Origin: Eledone cirrhosa
Lineage: Eukaryota
Direction of reading: 5' to 3'
Assembly (NCBI GenBank): GCA_964016885.1
Contig: OZ024742.1
Location: 337,156,001-337,220,000, forward strand
Length of the DNA stretch: 64,000 nt
The notes under the pieces were generated by a model. It was given only the letters and a program-made list of their open reading frames with translations, searched no databases and was not told where the DNA came from. Numbering within the stretch: position 1 is the stretch's first letter; each line of letters starts with the position of its first letter. This document shows, piece after piece, positions 11,727 to 23,814 of this stretch. The position numbers and the translations under genes are program-made.

Positions 11727-13383
11727 CCCTCATCCTGCTATATCAAGCATTAACATAATATATCCCTTCCATATACTGTACCGATAGTGTTGTTATTTCT
11801 GTTTACCTTTTACATACATGCATATATATATAAATATGTATAAGCATGTATGCATCTTGTTTGGAATAGATACACTGTATTCCTGCATGTCATAAGAGGG
11901 AACTAAAACATCTTAAAAAGGATCCCATGATGAGTATAAAGTCTATCATAGGCCCCGCATGGGTAACCTCTGCTTTAGCAGGAAAAATGGCTTTAAAATG
12001 CTTATTGTTGTGTGTTGTATTTATATATGAAGTGAAGGGAAAGTTTATTTAGAGATTTAAACAAAAAGATGTGTGTTCCCCCTTAATGCAAAAATACAGT
12101 AACAAGTTAATTTCTTGATTTATATAATAAAAGCACTCCACTCGACACTCAAAATATTTCTTTGACAAGAGAAACTATTTGTCTATTCCATTAGGAATAC
12201 TAATCTCTGAAAAATGTAAATAGCATTGCAGGTTTATCATTATTTGACATTTTATGGATGTATTATATAATAAAAACACACATGAAGAGAAGACAAGACT
12301 TCACAGCCATATAATGTTGGCTTGGCTATGAAGCTGGGCACCCCAAACAAACCCAATAAAGGAGATGTAGACTCTGCAAACTACAGCAAAGGTAACCCAT
12401 TGAGGAGAGCAGTAACACCAAATAATAGTTGATCCAATAGTAGACTTAAGTCCTAACAGACTCTCTAGTACCAATAACACAATAAAATGTATCTGGCCAG
12501 TTGTGTCTAGTGGTTGGCCACAAGAAGGGCATCAAACCATAAAAACATGCAACCCCCCACCCCCCAAAAAAGTGACACATACTGGAACAGCTGTCAAACC
12601 CATGCCAGCATGGAATAGCAAATATAAAATGATGATGGATGATAATCATATATATGTATAGTCACATAAATACATTTACTTGAAATACAATGAATCAACA
12701 ATGAGTATACAACATTTTAGAACATATCACACATATACAAAATGGATAGCAAAAGAAATGCTACATATCCTAGTGGCTACACCGAGCTTCTGATTGGCCA
12801 ATCACAGCATGGTGTAGTCCGAGAACAAACTAATACTGTGTAACTGGAGGGGGAGGGAAAGGAGATTATATGCTTTGCTAAAACACTATAGCCATGCTGT
12901 AAGGTTATGAACAAATTTTAATTATACAATATGGTGCTTTTACCGTTGAATTTTTTTATTACCTTTGGACTACTACGATCACCAGATCACAACCATATAT
13001 AATATGTATAATATATACATATATACACATACATACATACACACATTCTCATAATGTTTGGTAAATCAATGGCATATTTTCCAACAATAAATTAATAAAA
13101 AAAAAACAAAATGAAGAAAAATAAAAATTATCATTATCTCAGATCAATATCTTCCAATTAAAACATTTTTCGTTTTTTATTGAACTATCCTAGGCTGCCT
13201 TACTCCCCTTTCCTCACACACAATCAAAAAATAATAAATAAAATAAAGGAAATATAAATCTCACTTTTATGTCATCAGATTTTGTTTATCAGACATGGCA
13301 TATTCTAGGTTTACTTCTATAAAGAAATATAAACCTCACTTTTATGGTGTCAGATTTTGTTTATCAGACATACATGCCATACC

Positions 13384-13646
13384 CTAGGTTTTCTTGTCTA
13401 GTTGTTTTGTTAGTGGTTCCAGGTGTTCCAGGTAATAGTAATGGTACTGCATTGTAGCTAAAACACCTTTGTCATTTTGTACATTGTCTTTGCTTGAGTA
13501 ATCAATATAATCTCCACTCAGGGTGGTCATTTTCCCATTGAGTGCATTTAAAATGGCATTGCCAGCACAGATATCCCATTTCTTGATAGCTGTCGTATGT
13601 ACGTATGAATTTGATAACCCTTTAACAACATTTAAAGCTTTGTAAC
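13384..13646 (-). CDS. BPNT2: BPNT2/IMPAD1 coding exon 5 (last coding exon)
   Basis: Acceptor ttcttttcag, (G)YKALNVVKG...YVHTTAIKKWDICAGNAILNALNGKMTTLSG...LDKKT* with TAG at 13386-13384. Contains the WDxxAG motif. The five exons sum to 1026 nt = 341 aa plus stop. Confidence 0.95.
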
Positions 13647-14776
13647 CTGAAAAGAAAAAAGAAAAAAATTAATTAGAACATGATAGCCACAGTTTGATAA
13701 AGATTTCTAACAAAAGCACAAGGGAACAGTTGATTTTATATTTTGTGGTAGTTATTTAATCACAGACGAACTGGTGTCCCATCCCGGTGTGTGTGTGTCT
13801 TGTTCTCTCAATCATTTAACACCGATATAGAGAGGCTTCTTCAGTCTTGAGTTCATGATAACCTCTCTAATGCTTGTGTCATGATAAAATGCACCCAGTA
13901 CATTCTGTAAAGTGGTAGTGCTATGGCCTTGACAAAATGCACTCAGCACACCAAATAAAGTGTTAGCGCTAGTGCCAAGATGAAAAACACCCAATATACT
14001 TTGTAAAGGATTCTGCTGGTGCCATGTTGAAATCCACCCAGTAGACTCTGTAAAACCCCCAAAATGCTGTATGTCTTTACGTCTCCCTACAAGCCCACAA
14101 AAAGTTTTGGATCTGTATACACATACAAAGCTAAGATGACGTTATCTTTCTTCTTTTGAAGATGGTAGGATATGATTTCAAGAAGATTTCACAGCTCTAT
14201 ATAGCTTTCCCTGTTAGCAAGGGTTGAACGGGTCTACATAGATCAAGCTAGTACTGAAGCAGGGCTACTGATTCCCAGACAAACCAAGGATCTGTTTATC
14301 ATGTAGATCACCGATACTAGGGAGGCTGTCATGTGATTGAAATGACTGAGGGATCCTCTCGGCCTTTTGTTTGACAAGCTTTCTGTAACTGGATGCTCTT
14401 CCTATCACCAACCACTAGACAGAAATCAGAAATTCGCCATAAATATCATCATATCAGTTAATGTCCATCTTTTCTGCTAGCAAGGGTTGGATAGGTTATC
14501 ACAGAACAAGTCAGGACTTAATCAGAACCACTTCTCTCAGATGGTCTCTCAGATGTTCCAGCACTCTACAGAGTGTACTGGGTATATTTTATTGTGTTAC
14601 TAGGACTAGGAAAATTGTCATGTGTTTGACATAATAGAAGAGTCCCCACCAGTTTTCTATAGTTGGATGTCCCTTTTATAGAATGTGTGTCTGGGTGTGT
14701 TTTATTGTCACCAACATCAGAGAGGTATCATGTCCTTGACACAACTGAAGAGTCATATATATATATATATAATATA

Positions 14777-14950
14777 TCATCATCATCATCTTCGTTTAAC
14801 GTCCATCTTCCACGTTAGCATGAGTTAGACGGCAGTTGTCCCACTTGAGGCAAGGTTGGTCGGGTGACCATGTCTTGGTCATATAGGACTATCTGGCAGG
14901 TTTTCTATGGCTGGATGCCCTTCCTAACACCAACCACATTTACAGTGTGG
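14777..14950 (-). mobile_element. RTE 3' tail fragment
   Basis: (CAT)n-CTTCGTTTAACGTCC..CCACTTGAGGCAAG..GGATGCCCTTCCTAACACCAACC, flanked by (AT)n. Confidence 0.8.
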
Positions 14951-15051
14951 ATATATATATATATATATATATAGTTCAAAATGACAAACAAACAAATGCA
15001 GGAGTCAATAGTACATAGTGTTATTAGCTTCCCGCTTGGTGAGAGTGGGGG

Positions 15052-15090
15052 AGGTTACAACGTTTTGGACATAAGTCCTTCATCAGGAAA
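15052..15090 (-). ncRNA. Degenerate hammerhead motif (core G12 changed to A)
   Basis: Minus strand reads TTTC-CTGATGA-A-GGAC-ttat-GTCC-AAAA-CGTT. Same family as 11692-11726 but GAAA is mutated, so it is probably inactive. Confidence 0.5.
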
Positions 15091-15374
15091 GTAGGGAGGA
15101 ACTCCGAGAGAGAGTGAGGAGGGGAGTTAATAGGAAAAACATGAAAGGACGGGAAAAATAGAAATAAAAATAAACTTAGAAATTAAAATGAATAGAAATA
15201 GAATTAAAAGGAATAAATAAAAGAACAGAAGAAAAAAAAAGAGAAGGGGCTGGGAGGGGTATTCAGGCCCGGGATGGCAAGGGTGTGGTAGTGCATAAGG
15301 GGTGAGTGGAGGGAGAGAGGAAGATAATTAGAGTCCAAGTGGGGATATATACATATATATATATATATATATAA

Positions 15375-17143
15375 GGTATAAAGCTAATGGACCAGGAAAC
15401 TATAGAGATATAAAGCTGATGGACCAGGTCATGAAAGTAACGGAAAGAGTTATAGCACAGTTGATTAGGGACCGGGTAAAACTAGATGAGATGCAATTTG
15501 GGTTTGTGTCAGGAGAAGGCACCACTGATGCCCTCTTCCTTGTGCGGCAGTTACAGGAAAAGTACCTAGCTAAAAGTAAGTCACTCTACCTGGCATTCAT
15601 CGATCTGGAAAAAGCCTTCGACAGAGTCCCACGTGCTATAATCTAGTGGGCTCTTAGAAAACTAGGAGTAGATGAATGGCTTGTGAAAGCTGTACAAGCC
15701 ATGTATAGAGGAGCAGTCAGCAAAGTTAGAGTTAGCAATGAGTATAGCGAGGAATTTAGCATACAGGTCGGTGTCCACCAGGGCTCTGTTCTTAGCCCTG
15801 TCCTGTTCATCATAGTTTTGCAGGCAATAATGGAGGAGTTTAAGACCGGATGCCCATGGGAACTCCTGTATGCAGATGATCTCGCACTTATAGCTGAATC
15901 TATGGACGAACTAGAGAAGAAATTCCTAACATGGAAGCAGGGACTAGAAAGAAAGGGTCTCAAAGTCAACCTGTCAAAGACTAAGGTCTTCGTAAGTAGA
16001 CGAGAAAACAGAACCCAGATCCTTTCAGGGAAGCGGCCTTGCTCAGTATGTAGGAAAGGTGTAGGTAGGAACTCCATCCTCTGCCCCAAAGGCAAACAAT
16101 CGGTACACAAGAGATGTAGTGGGATCTCAGGAAGCTTAACTAAGATTGTAGGCTTCACATGTAGCACCTGCGCTGGGACAGCAGGCAGCGAACGGCCACA
16201 GGAAACAAGCACCACCAAACTGTGGGAGGGCTCTGTAGAAACAGTAGACATCTTCTGCTACCTAAGTGACCGAATTAGCAGTGGAGGTGGGTGTTCGGAA
16301 AGTACAATAACTAGAGTAAGAACGGGATGGAAGAAATTCAGGGAGCTACTGCCACGGCTAGCTGCAAAAGGCTTTTCCTTCAAAATGAAAGGCAGACTGT
16401 ATGATGCGTGTATACAAACAGCAATGTTACATGGTAGTGAGACCTGGGCGCTGTCTGTGGAAGACTTGCGTAGATTGGAAAGAAACGAAGCCTGCATGCT
16501 CCGATGGATGTGTAATAGTAATCTATGTGAACGGTAAAGCATAAACGAATTGAGAGATAGACTGAGCATAAGAGGAATTAAATGCTGTGTGCAGGAGAGG
16601 TGGTTGCGTTGGTATGGACATGTGATGCGTATGAAGGATGACAGCTGCATAAAAAGGTGCAGAGCACTAGAAGTCGATGGAAGCCGTGGATTGGGGAGAC
16701 CCAAGATGACCTGGGATGAGATGATAAAAGCTGACCTTACCCAATTGCACCTCTCAAGGGCGATGACACACGACCGTGACCTCTGGCGTCACGCAGTAAT
16801 ACAGAAGACCCGACTTCCCATGGGTACACGCCGAAGCTGAAGCATATAGACAATGTACCCCCACTGCAAAGTGGTGGTGGAGGTGCCACAGCACAATAGC
16901 ACCCAGCCCACACTGTAAAGTGAACGTGTAGGCGCCACGGAAAAAAAAGCATGCAGCACTCACTGTAAATGAGGTTGGTGTTAGGAAGGGCATCCAGCTG
17001 TCGAAATCAAGCCAGAATCAGTTCCCGTATGAGCAAGACAAGGTCAGCCGACCAGGCACTGCCCACAACAGGACAACCCGTCTAACCCATGCTAGCGTGG
17101 AAGAATGGACGTAAAACAGTGATGATGATGATGATGATGATGA
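15375..17143 (+). mobile_element. 5'-truncated RTE LINE (RT domain, PHD-like finger, 3' UTR, (GAT)n tail), pseudogenised
   Basis: NYR.IKLM..QFGFVSG.GTTDA..FIDLEKAFDRVP..GVHQGSVLSP..LLYADD..CSVC..WYGHVMRM..GRPK, with in-frame stops at about 15646, 16260 and 16537. Flanked by (AT)n. Confidence 0.95.
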
Positions 17144-17332
17144 TATATATATATATAAAAATAAAATAAAATAAAAAAAGCGTATCCAACTGTAGAACAT
17201 TGCCTCAAAGACACTTATCCAACCCATGCCAGCATGGAAAAGTAGATGTATAAACAATGAAGAAGAAGGAGGAGGAGACGACGACGACGATGTTGATGCC
17301 AACGTTGATGTAGACATTGTAAATAAACTCAC

Positions 17333-17509
17333 CAGCTCCACCAGCTTTAACCACAACAGTGTTCTCACCAAACGCTTTTTTGATAACGTCCACAACTTTT
17401 CCTGCATGAGAGCGTGACACTATGATTTGTGTAGGCTTCTCATTGGACAGCTGTACTTTCTCCAATGGCTTTAAATTGTCAGAGTGTCCATAACTGACCC
17501 ATGCCCAGT
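17333..17509 (-). CDS. BPNT2: BPNT2/IMPAD1 coding exon 4
   Basis: Acceptor tttttcag, (Y)WAWVSYGHS...IIVSRSHAGKV...VVVKAGGA(G), donor gtgagt. 177 nt, phase 1 to 1. Contains the VSRSH and AGGAG motifs. Confidence 0.95.
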
Positions 17510-17734
17510 CTGAAAAACAAAAAGCGAAACATGAAAGATTAGGAGAACAACAAAGAAAACAAAAGAATGTAAGTTAAAAATAAAAGGCAGTTATTTAATT
17601 ATTCCTTTAATATACAGTGACTGTAATACACTGTCTATGATTATTTTTTAATTTTGAAAAAATAATCAATAATTTTAAAGGATTTAGTAAAATAACATCC
17701 ATTTTTTTAAAGCAAGTTTTTGAAATAATTTTCT

Positions 17735-18075
17735 TCGCCCACTTATTCCCGAGAGGGTTGTGGGGGAAGAATCCTCAAACACTCCTTCCAGCGGGTCCTG
17801 TCAGAAGCAACCATCTCCAGCTGATCTGGCTGAATCCCCATGGATGTTATCCAACCATCTTGTTTGGAGTCTTCCCCTGGGTCTCCTGCCGGTTGGTTTT
17901 GCCTATAAAATCTGTCCAGTGATTCTTTCCCCCCGAGACATTCTAACCACATGCCCATAGTATTGGAGCTGTGATCTCTCAATTCGGAGAAGTAGTGGCT
18001 CTACCTGGAGTGACTCTCTGCTTTCTGAGCTATGCAGTCTATCAAGTAATGTTACTCCAGAGACACTTCATGTTT
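17735..18075 (-). mobile_element. 3' end of a second RTE-type LINE family
   Basis: Frameshifted ..LQYYGHVVRM..GRRPRGRLQTRWLDNI..ASDRTRWK..LPPQPSRE*. Confidence 0.6.
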
Positions 18076-18180
18076 GAAATAATGATTAACTAAATTTTTT
18101 TTACATAAAATTGTGATAAATGGTTTCAGGCAGCTTGGTATCAGAAGTATTAAAAAAAGCCTCAATGCAAGGAAACTTAC

Positions 18181-18276
18181 AAGTCTGGTCATCAAATGGA
18201 CTATGAATAACACCAATTGTAGGATCACCATTGACAGCAACACAGACCATGGTTGTAACATATTCACGAAGGTCCT
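18181..18276 (-). CDS. BPNT2: BPNT2/IMPAD1 coding exon 3
   Basis: Acceptor tttggcag, (E)[31 protein letters not shown], donor gtaagt. 96 nt, phase 1 to 1. Confidence 0.95.
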
Positions 18277-18424
18277 CTGCCAAAGACAACACAAGAAAGG
18301 AGAACAATTATAAATATTTGTAAATAATGCATTGTTTTATGGACAGAATAAGTAACATTCAGTTTCTTCATTCACATTCACCAAACTTAATTTAAACTAC
18401 ATTCGTTGGGTGATGAAGGACTAG

Positions 18425-19535
18425 CATTTTCCACACTAGCATGGGTTAGACGGGAGTTGTCCCACTTGAGGCAAGGTTGGTCGGGTGACCGTCTCGCTCA
18501 TATAGGACTATCTGGCAGGTTTTCTACGGCTGGATGCCCTTCCTAACACCAACCACATTTACAGTGTGCAACTGGGAAATTTTTACCTTGTTACCTACAC
18601 GGCCACATTACAGCGTGGACTGTGTTTTTTTTATCGTGACACCTACACGATCTCGATCTCATTTATTTCGACTGGATGTTGTGGTACCAACTTTACAGAG
18701 AGAGGGCTGTGTTGGTGAGAGTGGGAGGATATGGTAGGGGTAGTGGATTGGTTAAGAGGTGCCTACTGACTGTAGGTTTCGCTTTGTACATAGGCAAGGC
18801 GGGTCTTCTGTATTACTGCATAGCGCCAAAGATCTCGGTCCAGAGACATTGTCTTGGAGAGGTGCAAGTGTGTAAGGTCGGAATTTATCAGATCATCCCT
18901 GTTTTTTCTGGGTCTAACTACAGTCAATTTTGATCGCCCTGCACTTATTTATACAGCTGTCGTCTTTCATGCACATCACGTGGCCATACCAACGTAATTT
19001 TCTCTCAAGTAAACAGCATCTGATCCCTCTTATTCCTAATTTCTCACTTAGTTCATTTATGCTTTGCCGTTCACGTATATTACTATTACACATCCAATGG
19101 AGCTTGCATGCTTCGTTCTTTTCCAGTCTGCGCAGGTCCTCTGCACGTAATGCCCATGTCTCACTGCAATGTAGCATTGCTGTTCGTATACAGGCATCAG
19201 ACAATCTGTCTTTCCTTTTTAGAGAGAAACCTTTAGTGGCCATTAGTGGTATAAGCTCTCTGAACTTTTTCCATCCCGTTCTGACTTTAGCTACTGTACT
19301 TTCAGAACACCCTCCACCACTGCTGATTTTGTCACCCAGAAAGTGTCCACTATTTCTATAGAACCATCTGGGCAATAAAAGGAGCTAGTATCCTGTGGAC
19401 ACTTGCTACTTATTGCACCTGAGCATCGGCTACATATAAAGTCTACGTTCTTAGATAGTTTACCTGTGATCCCACTACATCTTTTATGTACCCATAGTTT
19501 GTATTTGGGACATAAAATGGAATTTCTGCTGACTC
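18425..19535 (-). mobile_element. 5'-truncated RTE LINE, antisense copy of the 2741-3880 family
   Basis: ORF 18914-19375 is nearly identical to the 2760-3518 protein (GDKISSGGGCSESTV..WYGHVM). The 3' UTR motif is present. Confidence 0.92.
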
Positions 19536-19577
19536 GTTATATATATATATATATATATATATACATACATAACATAT

Positions 19578-19615
<38 letters not shown>

Positions 19616-19824
19616 ACACGGGTGTGTTGATTGTGTATAGAAGATTATATTAATAAAAGGAATTCTAACTTTGTATGATTTACTCGTTTTATTTAAAATT
19701 ATAATGATATTATAATGAAATAGTATGGTAGAATATTAAATGTTAAGAGTTAATTGAACAAGTACTTTCATGCTTTCGCAATCTTCAGGTTCATATTCTG
19801 TGGTGACAGTCAAGTTTGCAATTT

Positions 19825-20640
19825 TCACTGTGAAAGACAAAGGCACCCCGTATGCCCTTAAATGGAGTATCGTTCAGCAGGCGAGTGCATATTCGGCTGG
19901 AAATAGAAAGTGCAGGCTATGCCTATCCGAGGCCATGGAGATAGTCAGACTGAAGGATGATGCGGTCAACCTGAAATCGGAAATAATCATGACGTGCAGA
20001 CACCACAGAAGGTGCACACTCCCCGCATGGAATCCACCGGGCAGCACATGCCGACCAGAGCGGCAAAACGGGTCAAGAGATCAGACCCTGTTGACTATAT
20101 ATGTCCCGCAGGGTAAGCTGAAATAACCCAGGATGCCCACCCGACTCTGCACATCACTCTAGGCAAGAACATCACCTGAGCCGGGACAGGTTGGCCCGGA
20201 TTCCATGGATATTCGGTCAAATGCCTTACCCCAATAAGACACTATACCTCAACCACAGTGACATACTCCAGTATGGCCGGTTCACGCACCCTCCTGCATG
20301 TGTATCTTTTCAATAGAGAGTGCATACCCTCTACGAATTCCTTTTTGTAACACCTAATATATTTTCCGTATGCAGACCCACGTGTGTATCTCATACTTAT
20401 CTTGTGTACTATCTCATATGCATTCACATTCCTCCTATTTTTTTATATATATTCTGCACGCATTCTCTTTGTGCGGTCTGCGCGTACTATGTACTGTAAT
20501 ACCATGAACGCCCATTATGTGGCCTTGCGTGAAGATTCCATACGTGGATTGATCCATATTCGCAACGTAACAATATCTCTGTAGACACATACAACTGGGC
20601 GCACCCTTTCATGTATAGCACACTGTATCTCTATGTGACG
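19825..20640 (+). mobile_element. Penelope-like GIY-YIG C-terminal fragment with downstream pLTR-like sequence (different family)
   Basis: KWSIVQQASAYSAGNRKCRLCLSEAMEI..NLKSEIIMTCRH aligns with WSVLKRATPY..CRLCSQE..LNKRQE..CNH at 2080-2230. Confidence 0.75.
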
Positions 20641-20715
20641 TTATATGTATATTTTTAATATTTTTAATATAGTTTATATTTTATATATATGTATATACGT
20701 ATATATATATATATG

Positions 20716-21266
20716 TGTATAAAAAAGTGCAGGGCAATAAAAATAGAAGGTAGCCACGGAGTAGGCAGACCCAGAAAAACCTGGGACGACTTGATAAATT
20801 CCGACCTCACACACTTACACCTCTCCAAGACAATGTCACTGGACCAAGATCTTTGGCGCTACACAGTAATACAGAAGACTCGCCTTACCTAAATACAAAG
20901 TGAAACCTACTACAGTCAGTAGGCACCTCTAACAAAAATACACCCCCGTCCCACTGCCCCCACCCCATCCACACCACCCCTCTCAATGTAAAGTTATGTT
21001 GGTACCACAACATCCAGTCCGAAACAAATGAGGTCGTGTAGGTGTCACAACAAAAAAAAACACAGTCCACGCTGTAATGGGGCTGTGTAGGTAACACGGT
21101 AAAAACCTCTCAGTCCACACTGTAAACGTGGTTGGTGTTAGGAAGGGCATCCAGCCGTAGAAAACCCGCCAGACAACCACTCTTGCCTCAAGTGGGAAAA
21201 CTCCCGTGCAAACCCATGCAAGCGTGGAAGATGGACGTTAAACGATGATGATGATGATGATAATGA

Positions 21267-21270
<4 letters not shown>
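20716..21270 (+). mobile_element. RTE LINE 3' end
   Basis: CIKKCRAIKIEGSHGVGRPRKTWDDLI.. followed by the 3' UTR and (GAT)n tail. Inserted in (AT)n. Confidence 0.9.
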
Positions 21271-21297
<27 letters not shown>

Positions 21298-21300
<3 letters not shown>

Positions 21301-22176
21301 GGTGCGGACGATATTTGTTCGCAAGATTACTGTCTAGGAAAAAATAACACAGTAGTTTTATTTTTTAAGATTTATTTATCAAACTTGGGTCAGTTTGTCT
21401 TCATGACTTGTTCTTTCAATCTCACTCGATAAACCCGCCATTGGCTTTGATGACGGCCTCGGAACAGGCTACAGGCCTTCGTCACTGTCCCCCGGCTTAG
21501 GCCCCTAAAGGCACTTGTGATCCTGGCCTTCAGATCGTCTTTCGTATTGCAGCTAGATCTGTTGGTGTCTCGTTCCACTGCGTCCCACACAAAGAAGTCG
21601 AGGGGGTTGCAGTCAGGCGAGCTGGGAGGCCAGATGTCAGGTGAAGTGTGGTCGACGAACTTCTCTGACAGCCAGGCTTGTGTCTTTTGGCTGATATGGC
21701 AGGGCGCTGAGTCTTGCTGCCATACGTATGGCCTATCTGTAGCTACCTGGTCGATCCAGCGCTTTATTACCTCGCTCAGAACGCGGATGTAGCCATCGGT
21801 GTTCAGCTTGAGGCCCTCAGGGAAGAAGTGAGGTGGCATAACGTCACCTTGACTGCCTACGACACCTAAGACCAATGTTGTCGCTGGAAACTGTCTGCAT
21901 GACTCTGGGCACATCTTTGGATGAGACAGCGAGCCACCTGTTGTTCTGGGAGTTAATCTTTTAGTCTTATTTGTCCAGCTGGCGCAGATTCCAAGAAGAA
22001 CTCTGTGTCTCTTCCACAAATTTGGAATTTCAAAATTATTCATAATCAATTATTCTGAAAATAAATAATGGAAATATAGTCACTGTTTTTATGAAGACAA
22101 GAGTGACAACGGAAGTAAAAAAAATTTGCATCAAATTAGCAGTGGAAAATTGCGAACAAATATCGTCCGCACCCTG
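21298..22176 (-). mobile_element. Internally deleted Tc1/mariner DD37D (maT-type) transposon
   Basis: TIRs CAGGGTGCGGACGATATTTGTTCGCAA / TTGCGAACAAATATCGTCCGCACCCTG with TA flanks. Retains QQDSAPCH..SPDCNPLD but lacks the ~550-bp segment present in the copy at 25273. Confidence 0.93.
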
Positions 22177-22237
22177 TATATATATATATATATTAATTCA
22201 AAATATTAACAAAAATAGAACTTCTTGTGATCAAGTA

Positions 22238-22304
22238 TATTTTATTATACATATTTCAGAGGTACTGAGCTAACTTCAACAGTACGTGCTCGTCAGATAA
22301 AATA
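22238..22304 (-). ncRNA. Type I hammerhead motif (sense to BPNT2 pre-mRNA, intron 2)
   Basis: Minus strand reads TATTTTAT-CTGACGA-GCACGTACTG..CAGTACCTCT-GAAA-TATGTA-TA-ATAAAATA. Confidence 0.65.
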
Positions 22305-23003
22305 AGATGATGCATGACATACCCTGACATAGTAGATGGTTAAGATTCAGTCATGGTAGTGAGTAAGATATGACAAAACTCAATATTTATATACCTTAAG
22401 ATTGAGGCATGAAAAAACTTACATATAATACAAGGGTGCGAGTAAGAAAGCTTAAAAATACATAACAGCAATTTACATAACTGTTAGAGATTCAAATAAT
22501 TTAAATTATTGAAGAAGGAAAGAAAAAAAGAAAGACAGAGAGAAAACAGATGAGGGGATAATATATCTAGTATAGAGAGCAAAAGAGAATTGATCAAGGA
22601 AAGAGAGACAATGAGGAATAATTATAGGGAGGGATGAATTATATATATCTATACATAACTATACATTTGGGCATAGCTTTGCCAAAAGAGTAAACTCGAA
22701 TCTTTCGCAAAGCTATGCCCAAATGTAGAGTTATGTATAGATATATATATTCATCCCTCCCTATAATTATTCCTCTTTGTCTCTCTTTCCTTCTTCAATA
22801 ATTTAAATTATTTGAATCTCTAACAGTTATGTAAATTGCTGTTATGTATTTTTAAGCTTTCTCACACGCACCCTCTGTATTATATGTAAGTTTTTTCATG
22901 CCTCAATCTTAAGGTATATAAATATTGAGTTTTGTCATATCTTACTCACTACCATGACTGAATCTTAACCATCTACTATGTCGGGGTATGTCATGCATCA
23001 TCT

Positions 23004-23070
23004 TATTTTATCTGATGAGGACGTACTGTTGACATTAACTCAGTACTTCTGAAATATGTATAATAAAATA
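23004..23070 (+). ncRNA. Type I hammerhead ribozyme motif
   Basis: TATTTTAT-CTGATGA-GGACGTACTG..CAGTACTTCT-GAAA-TATGTA-TA-ATAAAATA. Helix I is a perfect 8 bp. Confidence 0.75.
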
Positions 23071-23464
23071 TACTTGATCACTAGAAATTCTATTTTTGTT
23101 AATATTTTGAATAAATATTAATAACTCCGGAAAACCATTCTTGTGGAGTGCTTCCAATCTATTGTAAAACTTATTCTTTGATTTATTCATTGAACCTTGT
23201 TTGTATGTATGTATTTTTATGTACATGTTTATAACAAGATGCATGCTTTCATGTACGTCCCATTGTGTATCTTTATATGACTGTGTGTATATTCTGTTTA
23301 AGTGTATATATATATATATATATTTATCTATATATATATATAGATATATAATACAATTTTTTTTATGCGTGCGTGGGTGTGTATGGGAATATGCGCATAT
23401 TTGTAAGAGTGTATATAGGCCAGTGTGTGTGCGTACAAGCACCCCTGTAGGGAAAGGGCTTGTT

Positions 23465-23499
<35 letters not shown>

Positions 23500-23814
23500 G
23501 CGTGTTTGCGAGCGAGTGTGTATCTGTGCGTGTATATATGGGTATGTGTGTGTGTGTGCGTAGGTGGAGGGGGGTTGTCTACGTACATGTGTGTACATGT
23601 ATACATACGCGTATGCATGTGTGTGTATGCGTGTTTATGTATATAGGCCTGTGGGCATGTGTCTATGTATGTATGTGCCTCTCTGGATGAATGTATGCGT
23701 ATGGTTATATGTTTATATGTTCTCCTTAATGTGTGGGTATAGTGGAAGTCTATGCGTACGACTGTCGGTATCTATGTGGTTGTCTGTGTGTGTGGGTGCG
23801 CGCGTGGATGTGTG

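Larger units (their letters stand above)
22190..23112. repeat. ~920-bp palindrome of Penelope-type pLTR sequence with a hammerhead in each arm
   Basis: 22190-22682 is the reverse complement of 22707-23112 apart from a ~85-bp indel. Centre reads GCATAGCTTTGC..GCAAAGCTATGC. Confidence 0.92.

Noticed and set aside
15643-16704. Long minus-strand ORFs (also 2942-3442, 24350-25171, 57032-57517)
   Set aside because: Antisense shadows of retroelement coding sequence.
20520-20575. Hammerhead downstream of the second GIY-YIG fragment
   Set aside because: The core reads GTGAAGA...GCAACGTA with two invariant positions altered. A possible relic, not callable.
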